Positions 40,691 to 52,224 of a DNA stretch of 64,000 bases are shown piece by piece; position 1 is the stretch's first letter, and the number at the start of each line of letters is the position of its first letter. Source of the DNA: Cyanobacteria bacterium P01_D01_bin.156 (lineage in GTDB: Bacteria; Cyanobacteriota; Cyanobacteriia; Phormidesmidales; Phormidesmidaceae); contig JBCCQQ010000013.1 of the NCBI GenBank assembly GCA_039024555.1, positions 32,001-96,000 on the forward strand. Direction: 5' to 3'. Position numbers and translations under genes: made by a program. Under the pieces are notes generated by a model, which was not told where the DNA came from, ran no database searches, and saw only the letters and a list, made by a program, of their open reading frames with translations.

Positions 40691-41184
40691 GCTGGCATCC
40701 CCTTGATTAACCAATAGCCGTAGAGAAGCGATCTCTACCTACAGACTTCTGCATCTCACTAACGAACACATTAAGAACTTAAAGCAACCTGTTTATCAAA
40801 ATATTTGCGTAAAATCAACAACATCACTTTTATAGTCCCCAATAGCTAGCATTACTTCTAAAATCCTATGAGGTAATTACCTGGGTGTTTTTCAGTAAAA
40901 AGCTATCAAGACAGCCTTATTCCCAATCTTTGCTTAGTACACAGACAAAACCATCTCCCATAAGGTATTTACATACCTATATGAATCTGTAAGCGATAAA
41001 CCCGCAATACAACATACCATTCACACAAAAAATATTGATTTATAAACAATCGCTAAACTATTTAGCCCTAGAAAGCTGCTGGAAAGCAACTTTATCGTTA
41101 AAGTTATGCTAATTGATTCTAGCTAATGCCGCCCAGCAATGTAGCCAACCTAGCTACCAAGTGCCAATTCCTTAGGACAAACCT

Positions 41185-42393
41185 ATGCAAGGCCAGTTAA
41201 GCGAACTGGATATTCGCAGTATTTTTCAACTGATTGATATTGGTCAACAGACTGGAGAGCTCTATGTCGATTCCTTCAACGGTCAGGGACATCCCACATC
41301 GTGGTTAATCTTTTTTGCTAATGGTGGCATCTTATATGCGGGACGCACGGATGAACAATTAGAAAGACTGCGAGAAAGTCTGGCCTCCTACAAGCTTTCT
41401 ATTGATTGGAAAAGCATAGATTTGGCTAACTTAGCCCCGCTGCGCCCTCCTGAATATGGTGCTTTGTGGTGGTTATTGGAAAATAATGTAGTTACACCTC
41501 AACAGGCCCGTTCCACTCTCTATCGTCTGGTTGAAGAGACATTATTTGAGGTTGTCAGCTTACATCAGGGGCAATTTTACTTTCACTTTCACGCATCCTT
41601 GAGTCCTCAATTAACAAAATTCAGTATTGCTCCCTTTATCAAGCAAGTCACTCGGCAGCTACAGGGATGGTTAAAACTACAACCCCATATTAGTTCCATA
41701 TATGATTGCCCCGTAGCGACAGAGCGTCTAGCTATGGATAAACCCCTAAGCTCTACATCACTCATGTCTAAAGCAGATGGCAAGACATCTATCCTTAGGC
41801 TTTCCCGTCAATTCCATCGCACAATTTTTAGCATTGCAGAGGAGCTATACCCCCATATTCAGTCAGGAAAGGTTCAGCTAATAAATATCCCTAAACCAGC
41901 TCCCCAGCAAAAAATAAATGGTGCGAGTCATAAAGCAGTGCCACGCATTGTTTGTATTGATGATACGCCAACAATTCGACAAACTATAGAAGCCATACTG
42001 GACACTCATGGCTATGAAGTGACGTCCATAGCTAGACCGAGTAAAGCCCTGAGTTTGTTATTTAGCCTGAAACCAGACCTAATTCTTTGTGATGTCGCAA
42101 TGCCTGAACTTGAAGGGCATCAGCTATGTGCCATGCTACGACAGGCACCCCACTTCCAATCTGTCCCTATCATCATGTTGACTGGAAAAGATAGCTTTGT
42201 TGATCGAGTCAAAGCCAATATGGCAGGCGCAACAGATTACCTTACCAAACCCTTTGATGATCTAGAACTTCTGACACTAGTGGAAAAATATGTGGGTCGA
42301 GGTAATCCTACGCGACTTGCTCCAGAGACTTTACTTGAACAAGAAATCTCTGCCGCTCTTAACCCCGAAAGTTGGAGTGGCTCAGGCACCTGA
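41185..42393 (+). CDS. PatA-family response regulator (HmpA/PilG-like)
   Basis: N-terminal MQGQLSELDIRSI..TGELY (PATAN/DUF4388), C-terminal receiver. Confidence 0.88.
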   Translation: MQGQLSELDIRSIFQLIDIGQQTGELYVDSFNGQGHPTSWLIFFANGGILYAGRTDEQLERLRESLASYKLSIDWKSIDLANLAPLRPPEYGALWWLLENNVVTPQQARSTLYRLVEETLFEVVSLHQGQFYFHFHASLSPQLTKFSIAPFIKQVTRQLQGWLKLQPHISSIYDCPVATERLAMDKPLSSTSLMSKADGKTSILRLSRQFHRTIFSIAEELYPHIQSGKVQLINIPKPAPQQKINGASHKAVPRIVCIDDTPTIRQTIEAILDTHGYEVTSIARPSKALSLLFSLKPDLILCDVAMPELEGHQLCAMLRQAPHFQSVPIIMLTGKDSFVDRVKANMAGATDYLTKPFDDLELLTLVEKYVGRGNPTRLAPETLLEQEISAALNPESWSGSGT

Positions 42394-42715
42394 TCGGTAG
42401 GAGCCTATGGGACTTGTAACCGCTGGAGATATAGTTCGTCACCACTAAACTCTGTAGAGATGTTGCTGAAGTAACAAACAAAAGAATTTTGATGAAAGTT
42501 TAATAAATGAGACATGGACGGGTATTTTATTTGGCACAAGCGATAGGGTGTGCATTAATAGCCCATGGATTCATGGTTTAGCTAACCCGTCGCTCATTGA
42601 CTAATTCAATAGTCAAAAATAACTGGGCATACTCCTCAACTAGCTATTTCCCCCTAGAAGGGCATAATGAGTTGAATCAAGATATGAACCGGTCTTAAAC
42701 GGCGAAATTCAGGTT

Positions 42716-43081
42716 ATGAGTACGGTTTTAGTAGTGGAAGATAGCATTGCCCAGAGAGAGATGATTATTGACTTATTACAGGGCAATGGTCTTGATGTCA
42801 CCACTGCCAGTGACGGTGTTGAAGCGTTAGCACATATCCAAGGTACGTTGCCTGATCTAGTTGTTTTAGATATCGTTATGCCCCGTATGAACGGATATGA
42901 AGTTTGTAGACGAATTAAATCGGATCCGAGCACTCAAAATCTGCCAGTGGTTCTCTGTTCCTCTAAGGGTGAAGAGTTTGATCGATATTGGGGCATGAAA
43001 CAAGGAGCAGATGCCTACATTGCTAAACCCTTTCAACCCACTGAGCTAGTAGGCACCGTTAAACAGCTATTGCGTAATTAA
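42716..43081 (+). CDS. CheY-like response regulator (HmpB/PilH-like)
   Basis: Single receiver domain; DRYWGMKQGADAYIAKPF. Confidence 0.92.
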   Translation: MSTVLVVEDSIAQREMIIDLLQGNGLDVTTASDGVEALAHIQGTLPDLVVLDIVMPRMNGYEVCRRIKSDPSTQNLPVVLCSSKGEEFDRYWGMKQGADAYIAKPFQPTELVGTVKQLLRN

Positions 43082-43113
43082 AATGCCGATGATTTATGAG
43101 GTTACAGGGAACG

Positions 43114-43644
43114 ATGGTAGGTAATCCAGACTTTCAAACCGGAATAGGGCAAGATCAGGCCCCTGAGCTTCAGAAAATTGAAACACCTGATGGCGAGCTT
43201 CATCTGCGTTTTTATGTGGGTACTAATGATGAGTTTGCTCTGCCAGCCATTGGAATTCGACGCATCATTGAAAACCCTCCTGATCGAATTACCCCCGTGC
43301 CTAATGTATCGCCACTGTTATTAGGAACATTAAACGAACAAGGTCGGGTCATTTGGGTGGCTGATTTGGGGCAGTTTCTAGGGTATCCCCAACCAATGAA
43401 CACGGATAGGGCAGAAATTCCAGTAATTGCTGTTGAACATCAGGGGACTATGTTAGGCTTAGCCGTTAATCAGATAGTTGGAACAGATTGGCTAGATGCA
43501 GAGCGAATGAAAATGTCACGAGACTATTCCGATACAATGGCCCCTTTTCTTAAAGGTGAGTGGGTATTGGATGTAAATACGGATCGCTCATTGCGGTTAC
43601 TGGATCATGTTGCAATATTGCGTTCAGCACGCTGGGCGGCTTAG
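43114..43644 (+). CDS. CheW-like adaptor (HmpC/PilI-like)
   Basis: ITPVPNVSPLLLGTLN..GRVIWVADLGQFLG. Confidence 0.9.
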   Translation: MVGNPDFQTGIGQDQAPELQKIETPDGELHLRFYVGTNDEFALPAIGIRRIIENPPDRITPVPNVSPLLLGTLNEQGRVIWVADLGQFLGYPQPMNTDRAEIPVIAVEHQGTMLGLAVNQIVGTDWLDAERMKMSRDYSDTMAPFLKGEWVLDVNTDRSLRLLDHVAILRSARWAA

Positions 43645-43695
43645 CGTCGGCGAATTCGACAAGATGGAGATGTTTAGACTGTCAGGAGAATACGG

Positions 43696-46569
43696 ATGGC
43701 ATCGAGCATAGATTACGCTCAAACCTATCAAGCCGCAGAACGCGCATATATGCAAGGCAGCTACGAAGAAGCGGCCAATATTATTGAGCAACTGGCAGAA
43801 AACTATCCGAGCGATCCCAACGTGCTTTTGCTCAAAGGTCATATCTACTGCTATGGGCTCAGTGCTTATGCTGTTGCCCGAGACCAGTATAAGTCTGTTC
43901 TAGAGTTGACCTCTGATCCCGAATTCGTTAACTACGCTAACAATGGTTTGGCCTATGCAGAACAGATGGATGTAGGCCAGGCACAATCAGATAATAGCGA
44001 CATAGAGGATATTACTGCGGATGGGTTGTTTGATTCCATAGAGCTATATGGGGATATGGGAGAAGATGGCGATGATTTGAGTGCAGGTCTGGACTTATCG
44101 TTTGAAGATGCTGACGGTAGTAGTTTTCAGTCAGCTGGCCCAGAGGTTAATGCCGGACAGTCTCTTGATAATGCTGCTGCTGGTTCTCCAAGTAGTGACG
44201 AAGGCTTCGAGATGGCTGGGGAGGTTACAGGTGACCCATTTGGGGCCGTTACCGATTATGAGAGTACATCCGGTGAAGACGCGAACGATGATCCGTTTGC
44301 CATGGGTGAGTTAGACGGCGATTTTAACAATGCCGGGTTGGTTGATCCATTTGCAGATAGCAGTTTAGAAGGTCTAATTTCGTCGTCTGAAGACGATGAA
44401 ATTACCTTAGGTAGTGTGGTTAATGATGCGGCTGCGCCTCAAGAGCTTTCACAGTTTGATCAAGACGACTTTAATGATGCCTTTCCATCAGAGGAGGTGT
44501 TGGGAGAGGATGCCAGTGTCTTCTCAGATATTGATGATAATTTCCTAATCACAGATAGTACAGCTAATATCGATACTCCTGGTGATCCAAATCTATTTGA
44601 AGAGGCTGAGGATCAGACTCTCTTTATGATGGAACCAGATGCTGTAGTTCCAGAAGAAAACTTACCTGTATCAGATTTTCAAGAAGAGTTTGGTGCTTCC
44701 TCAACCCTGTCAGGTATAGAGCCTGCTATGGAAGGGATGGTTGATGACGAAACAGGTGAGCAGACATTTCCAGGTACTGCTCAAACGTTTCCAGGTGTAG
44801 ACACCATGGATGGAATGGAAAGTCAGCAAGGGGATATTGACTTTCTAGATGAGTTTGATGAATTTGATGATCTTGGCAGTCTCCCTGAATTTGATTTGTC
44901 AGAGGGGTCTACTGAATTTACTGAACCTTCAGCAAGCTCAGATGGCATCTTCTCTCAAGCGCAAGTTCCTAGAGGCAGCTCGGGGTTCAGCATGGTAGAG
45001 GATGACGACCAAGCCATTATTGGAGATGATGACATTTTCAGTATTGAAACTGCTGATCAGCTTCCCTCATTTACCCAAGGAGAAGAAGTACCAGCTGTTG
45101 TTGCGGCAGAAGAAGAGTCAGGCTCGCTAAATATTCTTAGTAATACGTCTCTGGGTACTAAGCGATTGCTGATGGCAGCAGCAGCAGCGCTGGTCTCTGT
45201 GATTTCCGTAACTGCGGTGAATCAGGCGACTCTAGGTCGGCTCGGAAATAATCTTTCGCCGGATGAAAATCGTAATTTGATCGCGCGTGTTCGTCCGGCC
45301 GCTATGGGGGGAGCTGCTGCTGTTTCTAGTTTTCTAGCGGTATTGGGGCTAGGGGTCTTATTTGATCGACAAGCTAAACGCTCCATCGATAACCTGCAGC
45401 AGCAGTTTGACTTAGTTTCCCAAGGCGATTTGAGTGCTAGGGCAACTGTCTATTCGAATGATGATTTGGGGCAACTGGCCACTGGCTTCAATCAGATGGC
45501 AAGGGTTATCCTCACCACGACAAGTGAGGCTCAACGTAAAGCGCAAGAGCAGGAGCAGGCTAAAGAGGACTTGCAGCGTCAGGTAATTCGTTTGCTAGAT
45601 GATGTGGAAGGAGCTGCCCGGGGTGACTTGACCGTACAAGCAGAAGTTACTGCCGACGTTCTGGGCGCAGTTGCTGATTCCTTTAATTTAACCATTCAAA
45701 ATCTGAGGGAAATTGTGCAGCAGGTAAGCGCTGCGGCCTTGCAGGTAACAAAGAGTTCCTCCGATAACGAAATGTTTGCCCGCAGTCTATCGGCCGATGC
45801 CCTAAGGCAGGCGGAAGAATTGGCTGTCACCCTGAATTCTGTCCAGGTGATGACCGAATCGATTCAGCGTGTGGCCGATAGTGCTCAAGAAGCAGAAGAA
45901 GTTGCTCGTTCAGCATCTGCAACTGCCCTGCGAGGCGGGGAGGCTGTAGAACGCACAGTCGCCGGTATTCTCGAAATTCGCGAGACCGTAGCTGAAACTA
46001 CCCGAAAGGTAAAGCGTTTGGCAGAATCGTCTCAGGAAATTTCCAAAATCGTGGCATTAATTTCCCAGATTGCTTCGCGAACAAATCTGTTAGCTCTCAA
46101 CGCTAGTATTGAGGCAGCTCGAGCTGGGGAAGCTGGTCGAGGCTTTGCTATTGTGGCCGACGAAGTACGTCAGCTAGCCGATCGAGCGGCAAAAGCATCT
46201 AAGGAAATTGAGCAAATTGTTTTGCAGATTCAGGGTGAGACTAGCAGTGTAATGACTGCTATGGAAGAAGGTACACAGCAGGTTATTGAGGGTACTCGTC
46301 TAGCGGAGCAAGCAAAGCGATCGCTAGAGGATATCATTCAAGTATCAAATCGTATTGATGTGTTGGTGCGATCGATTACTGCTGATACGGTTGAGCAGAC
46401 TGAAACATCCCGAGCCGTTGCTCAGGTTATGCAATCAGTCGAACTTTCGGCTCAGGAAACATCTCAAGAATCTCAGCGAGTGTCAACATCGCTGCAAAAC
46501 TTAGTGGGTGTCGCCCGTGATCTGCTGACTTCGGTGGAGCGCTTTAAGGTAGAAGGAGAAAATAAATAA
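43696..46569 (+). CDS. Methyl-accepting chemotaxis protein with N-terminal TPR and acidic linker (HmpD/PilJ-like)
   Basis: TPR N-terminus, two TM, HAMP, hairpin tip [34 protein letters not shown]. Confidence 0.95.
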   Translation: MASSIDYAQTYQAAERAYMQGSYEEAANIIEQLAENYPSDPNVLLLKGHIYCYGLSAYAVARDQYKSVLELTSDPEFVNYANNGLAYAEQMDVGQAQSDNSDIEDITADGLFDSIELYGDMGEDGDDLSAGLDLSFEDADGSSFQSAGPEVNAGQSLDNAAAGSPSSDEGFEMAGEVTGDPFGAVTDYESTSGEDANDDPFAMGELDGDFNNAGLVDPFADSSLEGLISSSEDDEITLGSVVNDAAAPQELSQFDQDDFNDAFPSEEVLGEDASVFSDIDDNFLITDSTANIDTPGDPNLFEEAEDQTLFMMEPDAVVPEENLPVSDFQEEFGASSTLSGIEPAMEGMVDDETGEQTFPGTAQTFPGVDTMDGMESQQGDIDFLDEFDEFDDLGSLPEFDLSEGSTEFTEPSASSDGIFSQAQVPRGSSGFSMVEDDDQAIIGDDDIFSIETADQLPSFTQGEEVPAVVAAEEESGSLNILSNTSLGTKRLLMAAAAALVSVISVTAVNQATLGRLGNNLSPDENRNLIARVRPAAMGGAAAVSSFLAVLGLGVLFDRQAKRSIDNLQQQFDLVSQGDLSARATVYSNDDLGQLATGFNQMARVILTTTSEAQRKAQEQEQAKEDLQRQVIRLLDDVEGAARGDLTVQAEVTADVLGAVADSFNLTIQNLREIVQQVSAAALQVTKSSSDNEMFARSLSADALRQAEELAVTLNSVQVMTESIQRVADSAQEAEEVARSASATALRGGEAVERTVAGILEIRETVAETTRKVKRLAESSQEISKIVALISQIASRTNLLALNASIEAARAGEAGRGFAIVADEVRQLADRAAKASKEIEQIVLQIQGETSSVMTAMEEGTQQVIEGTRLAEQAKRSLEDIIQVSNRIDVLVRSITADTVEQTETSRAVAQVMQSVELSAQETSQESQRVSTSLQNLVGVARDLLTSVERFKVEGENK

Positions 46570-46727
46570 TCTGCCGGGGAGCTTAGTAAAGGCGTTGAAG
46601 CTGAGAATGGGTAAGATCGAGCCATGCTATTTCAAGAAATATGTCAGGGAATAACTACTGCTGGTATTACGTACTTCAAATTATTTAAGGACTAACCTAA
46701 TTTTCGGTTCTATTTAGGGAGATAAGG

Positions 46728-49700
46728 GTGATGGTGCCTGAGCAACAGCAACGTATACTGGGCTATTTTATTGAAGAAGCCAAGGACCACCTAAATACTA
46801 TTGAGCAGGGTCTGTTAAATCTTCAGGCAACCATCGGCAATCCAGAGATGGCGAATGAGATTTTCCGAGCTGCCCATTCTGTAAAAGGTGGCGCTGCCAT
46901 GTTGGGTATTGAAAGCATGCAGCGCACGTCTCATCGCCTGGAAGATTATTTTAAGGTACTAAAAGAATCGCCTGTACAGGTAGATCGACCTTTAGAGTCG
47001 ATGTTTTTGCGTATTTTTGATGCTTTGCAGGAGCTCTTAGAGCAGCTTCAAGGCCCCTTTGGGTTGACGGCAGAAAAAGAGCAAAGCATTATGACTGGCG
47101 TAGAGCCGGTATTTCAGCAGCTTGAAGAGCATTTAGAGCAGCTGGTGAAAACGACAGGAGGCTCTATAGCTATACCTGAATCCTCCATCTCTGTAGCCGC
47201 TATTCAAACTCCACAGCCTGTTGAAGAAAGTGCTTTAAAGCTAGTGTTTAGTAGCGATGTCTCAGAAACTCTGAGAGAAATGCTGGCTCGCTTTAAGCAA
47301 GCAGATACGGATGATACTCGCAATGCTTTAAAGACCTGTTGTCAATTATTAGAGCAGTTTGGCGAGCAGTTTAGCTTGCCTGCATGGCTAAACTTATCTA
47401 AGCATGCACGGTGGGCTGTATGCGATCGCAATAACGACTATCGTACACTTGCCCCAGTTTTAATTAAAGAAATCAAAAAAGCTCAAGACTTTGTATTGGC
47501 AGGTCGTGAACCTGAAATCTTAATTTCAGAGACCTTACAAACATTGGCTGCCGATAGCGCAGCTAATGAACATACCGACGATACTGACAACTTCGATGCC
47601 CTATTTACAGATAGCCTATTCGATAGCTCAGATGCATCTCTTGAACTAGGCGACTTAGAGATTGCAGAAGACACCAACTTAAGCTCAGATGCTCTCCAGA
47701 TAGACAGTGTTGCTCCTGATATCAACGGCGATGATCCTATTTCCTTAGATGATTTGCTCAACGAAGCAGCCATATCTCAATCTGGGCCAGAAGTTGGTGC
47801 TGCAGAGTTAATGAGCTTAGCCGATCTCTTTGAAACCAGCAGTGACGAACTCGATAGTGATTGGCAGGAAGAAGATGTTTCTATGTCGAACGATTCGGAC
47901 ATGGAGCAACGCTTAGATGCGGATGTATCTCCTGACTTCGAAGACTTATTAGCTGATGCTACACCTGTGGCGGCGTCAGATGATTTTACATCTGGAAATG
48001 AACTTGCTGACCTATTTGGCGATACCGATATCCCGGACACTGCCAGTCAGTTATCCCCTCTAGATGCTGCCTCCAATCGCCCTTCAGCTGTAGATGCAAG
48101 AAGTGTTGCATCTACAGCACCGTCCGATAATCTTGACTCCATTGATGATTTGTTTATTGAGGCATCTGAGGTTGATGACCCAGCGAGTGTTGATGAACTG
48201 TTCGGAGACCTTGCGCCTGAGACTGAGACCAGTGATGAACTGTTGACAGAGCTAGACACTCCTTCCCCAGAAGAAATCAACATAGACTTGTTGCAAGATA
48301 GTTTGTTTGCTGAGGTTTCTGAGCCTAGCGAGCCAGCAACTATTGATGACATGGCGAGTGTTGATGAACTGTTCGGAGGCCTTGCGCCTGAGACTGAGAC
48401 CAGTGATGAACTGTTGACAGAGCTAGACACTCCTTCCCCAGAAGAAATCAACATAGACTTGTTGCAAGATAGTTTGTTTGCTGAGGTTTCTGAGCCTAGC
48501 GAGCCAGCAGCTATTGATGACATGGCGAGTGTTGATGAACTGTTCGGAGACCTTGTTGCGCCTGAGACTGAGACCAGTGATGAACTGTTGGCGGAGCTAA
48601 ACAATCCTTCCCCAGAAGAAATCGATATAGGCTTTCCAGAAGAGAGTAAGGACTCCTTGGATTTAGATGAGTTAGAGTTGCTGGCAGAGTCAAATGTTGA
48701 AGAGGAAGATAACAGTATTACTCTGACAGCATTGTCACTCGATGAAGTCGGCGCACAAGATAGTGAGCCAATGGACACGCCTGAAACAGATCTTGCTCTA
48801 GACCTTAGTGGTGCGCTTGGCAATGACGTCTTAGATAGTGACACCAGTGATTTTGATGCTGCTCTGAAAAACACTCATGACTCATCGCAAAACGATGAAT
48901 GGTTCAGCAGTGCGTCATTAGAGATAACTGACCAAATTACTTCTGAAGGTTCTTTAGATGGTGGTGATTTTTTCACGGCTGTTAACGAGCCCGAATCAGA
49001 GCAGAGGAGCGTAGCTGAACCGTCCGAATTTGACGATTTCTTCGAAGTTGATGCCTCTACTCAGTCTGCGCAAATAGAGTCTTTGGCAGATGATCTTTGG
49101 GATATCGGTGATAACGCTGCAGTGGTCGATACAGCAGATGATCTATTGACAGATATTTGGGCTGAGAATAGTAGCTCAGATGACTTAACTTTAGAGACCG
49201 CCGAGCCTTCTCCAGAGACGCTTACTACTGACGATTCCAATGCTTTGGACCTAGACGATCTCTGGGCTTCCACTGAAGAGAGCTTGGCGGATGATGGGAC
49301 TTCATCCGACTTATTTGAAGATAGTTCCGATGTATCTACAACACAACCAGACTTAGAAAATCTATTTGGTAGTGAGCCTGATGGGCTCGTTGATGGCTCC
49401 CGGTTCAACTCTCCAGAGGCGTTGGATGCGTCGATGGCTTCTCTGGATGACCGCGAAGAAAGTGGGGTAGATGAATTATTTGGTGATACACCTCTGGAAA
49501 GTTCTGAGATATCTAGCTTAGACGATATTGAGTTGACCACAGAGACCGTTGATACTGCTGAATATAAGGCCAACTTAGATACAGACTTACTCAATACCCC
49601 TCCTTCCAATGATCTGGAATTTGATCTTCTGGACCTAGAAGATGGCGGCATTGTCACAGGTTTTGTTGACGACATGCCTGTAGATAGAGAAGATTTGCCA

Positions 49701-52022
49701 GATAGCGCATTAGAAATTGATTTACTGGCGAATGAATTAAAGGCGTCGCCATCAGGCTTATCTGATTTTGATTTGAGTACAACAACAGATGCAGCTGTTG
49801 ATGCTGAGGCTGTTCCAGAGGCCTATGAGTTCACAACTGCTGATGAGTTTGGCGATCTTGATGCGCTCCTTGACAGTCCCAGTTCTGTGGTCTCAAGTGC
49901 TGCCGAGGCCATCAGTGATCAGTCCCTAGTCAGTCCGGCTGCAAATGTAGATGATGATGAATTTGGTGATCTTGAAGCCTTATTGCAGGACGCTGACCAA
50001 ACATTAACTGCGGGCGCAACTAGCGCTCCTGCTGCCTATCGCCCAAGTGCCAACCGTTTGCCCTCAGGGCGTCGGACGGTAACCGATCAAACCATGCGAG
50101 TATCGGTGGGCCATCTGGATAATCTCAGTAATCTGGTCGGGGAACTGGTGGTTAACCGTAATACCCTTGAGCAGGATCAAGAACGGCTGCGCCAATTCTT
50201 AGATAATCTTTTGTTCCAAGTGCAGCAGCTCAACGATGTAGGTCAACGGATGCGTGACCTTTATGAACGCTCATTATTGGAAAGCTCTTTGATTTCTAGT
50301 CGCCAATCTTATCAAATGGCCAACAGTGGGGGAACACCCATCAGTAGGGCTGGCGATCATGCTACCGGAGAGTCTTTTGATGCTTTAGAAATGGATCGCT
50401 TTACCGGCTTCCATACCTTGTCGCAGGAAATGATCGAGCTAATTGTCAGAGTACGTGAGTCGGCGTCTGACATTGCCTACACTGTTGAGTCCTCGGATCA
50501 GGTCACTCGTCAGTTTAGGCAGGTTACTAACCAGCTGCAAGAAGGGTTAAACAAGGCGAGAATGGTTCCTTTTGCCCAGACAGCTGCCCGCTTACCTCGG
50601 GCTGTGCGGGACATTTCTCTCAAATGTGGCAAGGAAGCTCGTTTGGTTGTTGAGGGGCGGGACATCTTGATTGACAAGATGATTTTAGAACAGCTCTACG
50701 ATCCGATGACTCACTTGGTAAACAATGCTATTACCCATGGCATAGAGTCGCCCGAATATCGGCAGGCTGCTGGTAAGTCCTCAGAAGGTGTCATTACGGT
50801 TCAAGCGTTTTATCAGGGAAACCAAACGGTTATTTCTGTAGGTGACGATGGCGCTGGCATTGATCCCGCTATGGTTAAACAGAAAGCCTTGGAAAAAGGA
50901 TTAATTACGCCCTCAGACGTCCAGTCGATGACCTTGCTGGATGTATATGACCTCCTGTTCCATCCAGGCTTTAGTACCCGCGATCAGGCTGATGATTTCG
51001 CTGGACGTGGATTTGGGATGGATGTGGTCCGTACGTCTTTAGCAGATATTCGAGGCAATATTACGGTTGATTCTGAGCCTGGTCGTGGCACTACGTTTAC
51101 TATTCGCTTGCCGCTTACTCTCAGTATTTCTAAGGCCCTTAGCTGCGTTAGTAATCAGGCGCGGATTGCCTTTCCCATGGATGGTGTAGAGGACATGTTT
51201 GATGTGGCCTGCGATCGCATTCAGAAAAATGATCAGGATCAAGACTGTATCTTGTGGCGTGATAACCTCCTCCCATTCCAGAAACTATCCGACCTACTTT
51301 CCTTTAACCGTACATTAGGTCGTGGGCGCGTATACGGAGGTAACCAGGATGAAAATATCGTATCCATCGTTGTTCTCCGTAGCACCAATAGCTTTATCGC
51401 CCTCCAGGTCGATCAGGTCATGGGTGAACAGGAAATCGTAATTAAACAGCTAGAAGGACCTGTCCCTAAGCCCACGGGCATCGCTGGAGCCACCGTACTC
51501 GGCGATGGTCGTGTTATGCCCATTGCCGATGTACTTGAACTGATTGATTTAGCGATGGGTCGTGTACGGCGTGAGCCCAGCACAGCCATGTGGACACAAG
51601 TTGAAGAGGCTCCCCCGGAATCAATGGGCACTTTGAAATCCGAGCCTACGGTCTTAATTGTGGACGACTCGATTACAGTCCGTGAACTCTTATCCATGAG
51701 CTTTAATAAAGTGGGCTATCGGGTGGAGCAGGCTCGTGATGGCCAAGAGGCTTGGGAAAAACTTCGCTCGGGACTGCCCTGCGATTTAGTTTTCTGTGAT
51801 ATTGAAATGCCTCGCATGGATGGATTAGAGCTATTATCCCGTCTGCAAAAGGACAGTGGATTAAAAGCCATTCCCATTGCTATGCTCACATCTCGCGGTG
51901 CCGATCGACACCGACAAATGGCCGTTGATTTGGGCGCTAGCGGATATTTTACAAAGCCATATCTAGAAGAAGCCTTATTAGATGCAGCGAATAAGATGCT
52001 CCATGGCGAAAGATTGGTTTAG
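46728..52022 (+). CDS. CheA-like hybrid kinase Hpt-acidic linker-HATPase-CheW-REC (HmpE/PilL-like)
   Basis: FRAAHSVKGGA Hpt, HLVNNAITHG, GRGFGMDVV, CheW domain, C-terminal receiver. Confidence 0.95.
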   Translation: MMVPEQQQRILGYFIEEAKDHLNTIEQGLLNLQATIGNPEMANEIFRAAHSVKGGAAMLGIESMQRTSHRLEDYFKVLKESPVQVDRPLESMFLRIFDALQELLEQLQGPFGLTAEKEQSIMTGVEPVFQQLEEHLEQLVKTTGGSIAIPESSISVAAIQTPQPVEESALKLVFSSDVSETLREMLARFKQADTDDTRNALKTCCQLLEQFGEQFSLPAWLNLSKHARWAVCDRNNDYRTLAPVLIKEIKKAQDFVLAGREPEILISETLQTLAADSAANEHTDDTDNFDALFTDSLFDSSDASLELGDLEIAEDTNLSSDALQIDSVAPDINGDDPISLDDLLNEAAISQSGPEVGAAELMSLADLFETSSDELDSDWQEEDVSMSNDSDMEQRLDADVSPDFEDLLADATPVAASDDFTSGNELADLFGDTDIPDTASQLSPLDAASNRPSAVDARSVASTAPSDNLDSIDDLFIEASEVDDPASVDELFGDLAPETETSDELLTELDTPSPEEINIDLLQDSLFAEVSEPSEPATIDDMASVDELFGGLAPETETSDELLTELDTPSPEEINIDLLQDSLFAEVSEPSEPAAIDDMASVDELFGDLVAPETETSDELLAELNNPSPEEIDIGFPEESKDSLDLDELELLAESNVEEEDNSITLTALSLDEVGAQDSEPMDTPETDLALDLSGALGNDVLDSDTSDFDAALKNTHDSSQNDEWFSSASLEITDQITSEGSLDGGDFFTAVNEPESEQRSVAEPSEFDDFFEVDASTQSAQIESLADDLWDIGDNAAVVDTADDLLTDIWAENSSSDDLTLETAEPSPETLTTDDSNALDLDDLWASTEESLADDGTSSDLFEDSSDVSTTQPDLENLFGSEPDGLVDGSRFNSPEALDASMASLDDREESGVDELFGDTPLESSEISSLDDIELTTETVDTAEYKANLDTDLLNTPPSNDLEFDLLDLEDGGIVTGFVDDMPVDREDLPDSALEIDLLANELKASPSGLSDFDLSTTTDAAVDAEAVPEAYEFTTADEFGDLDALLDSPSSVVSSAAEAISDQSLVSPAANVDDDEFGDLEALLQDADQTLTAGATSAPAAYRPSANRLPSGRRTVTDQTMRVSVGHLDNLSNLVGELVVNRNTLEQDQERLRQFLDNLLFQVQQLNDVGQRMRDLYERSLLESSLISSRQSYQMANSGGTPISRAGDHATGESFDALEMDRFTGFHTLSQEMIELIVRVRESASDIAYTVESSDQVTRQFRQVTNQLQEGLNKARMVPFAQTAARLPRAVRDISLKCGKEARLVVEGRDILIDKMILEQLYDPMTHLVNNAITHGIESPEYRQAAGKSSEGVITVQAFYQGNQTVISVGDDGAGIDPAMVKQKALEKGLITPSDVQSMTLLDVYDLLFHPGFSTRDQADDFAGRGFGMDVVRTSLADIRGNITVDSEPGRGTTFTIRLPLTLSISKALSCVSNQARIAFPMDGVEDMFDVACDRIQKNDQDQDCILWRDNLLPFQKLSDLLSFNRTLGRGRVYGGNQDENIVSIVVLRSTNSFIALQVDQVMGEQEIVIKQLEGPVPKPTGIAGATVLGDGRVMPIADVLELIDLAMGRVRREPSTAMWTQVEEAPPESMGTLKSEPTVLIVDDSITVRELLSMSFNKVGYRVEQARDGQEAWEKLRSGLPCDLVFCDIEMPRMDGLELLSRLQKDSGLKAIPIAMLTSRGADRHRQMAVDLGASGYFTKPYLEEALLDAANKMLHGERLV
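48183..48630 (+). repeat. 171-bp (57-codon) tandem repeat, about 2.6 copies, within the CheA linker
   Basis: GCGAGTGTTGATGAACTGTTCGGAG at 48183, 48354 and 48525; near-identical units. Confidence 0.9.
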
Positions 52023-52224
52023 GATCAAGCTAGTAGACGTCAAGCTTTAGAGATTTGGATGAGGCCGGGCAGCCGGTACTGGTGTTGTAATGATGACGCT
52101 TATTGTTCTGGTGATCCTATCCAAAGATTGAGTGCTGACAGGCTACTAGCCGTCTGTAGTGTCGAGTTTTGCAATTTAGAGACTCCGACCGTACAACAGA
52201 TACTAAACTCCGCGGGATCAACTC

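Noticed and set aside
48183..48630. Possible CRISPR array
   Set aside because: Contiguous in-frame 171-bp units with no unique spacers, inside a CDS; no cas genes in the window.
48047..49675. Long Ser-rich antisense ORFs (275 aa, 204 aa)
   Set aside because: Shadows of the acidic, repetitive CheA linker on the opposite strand.
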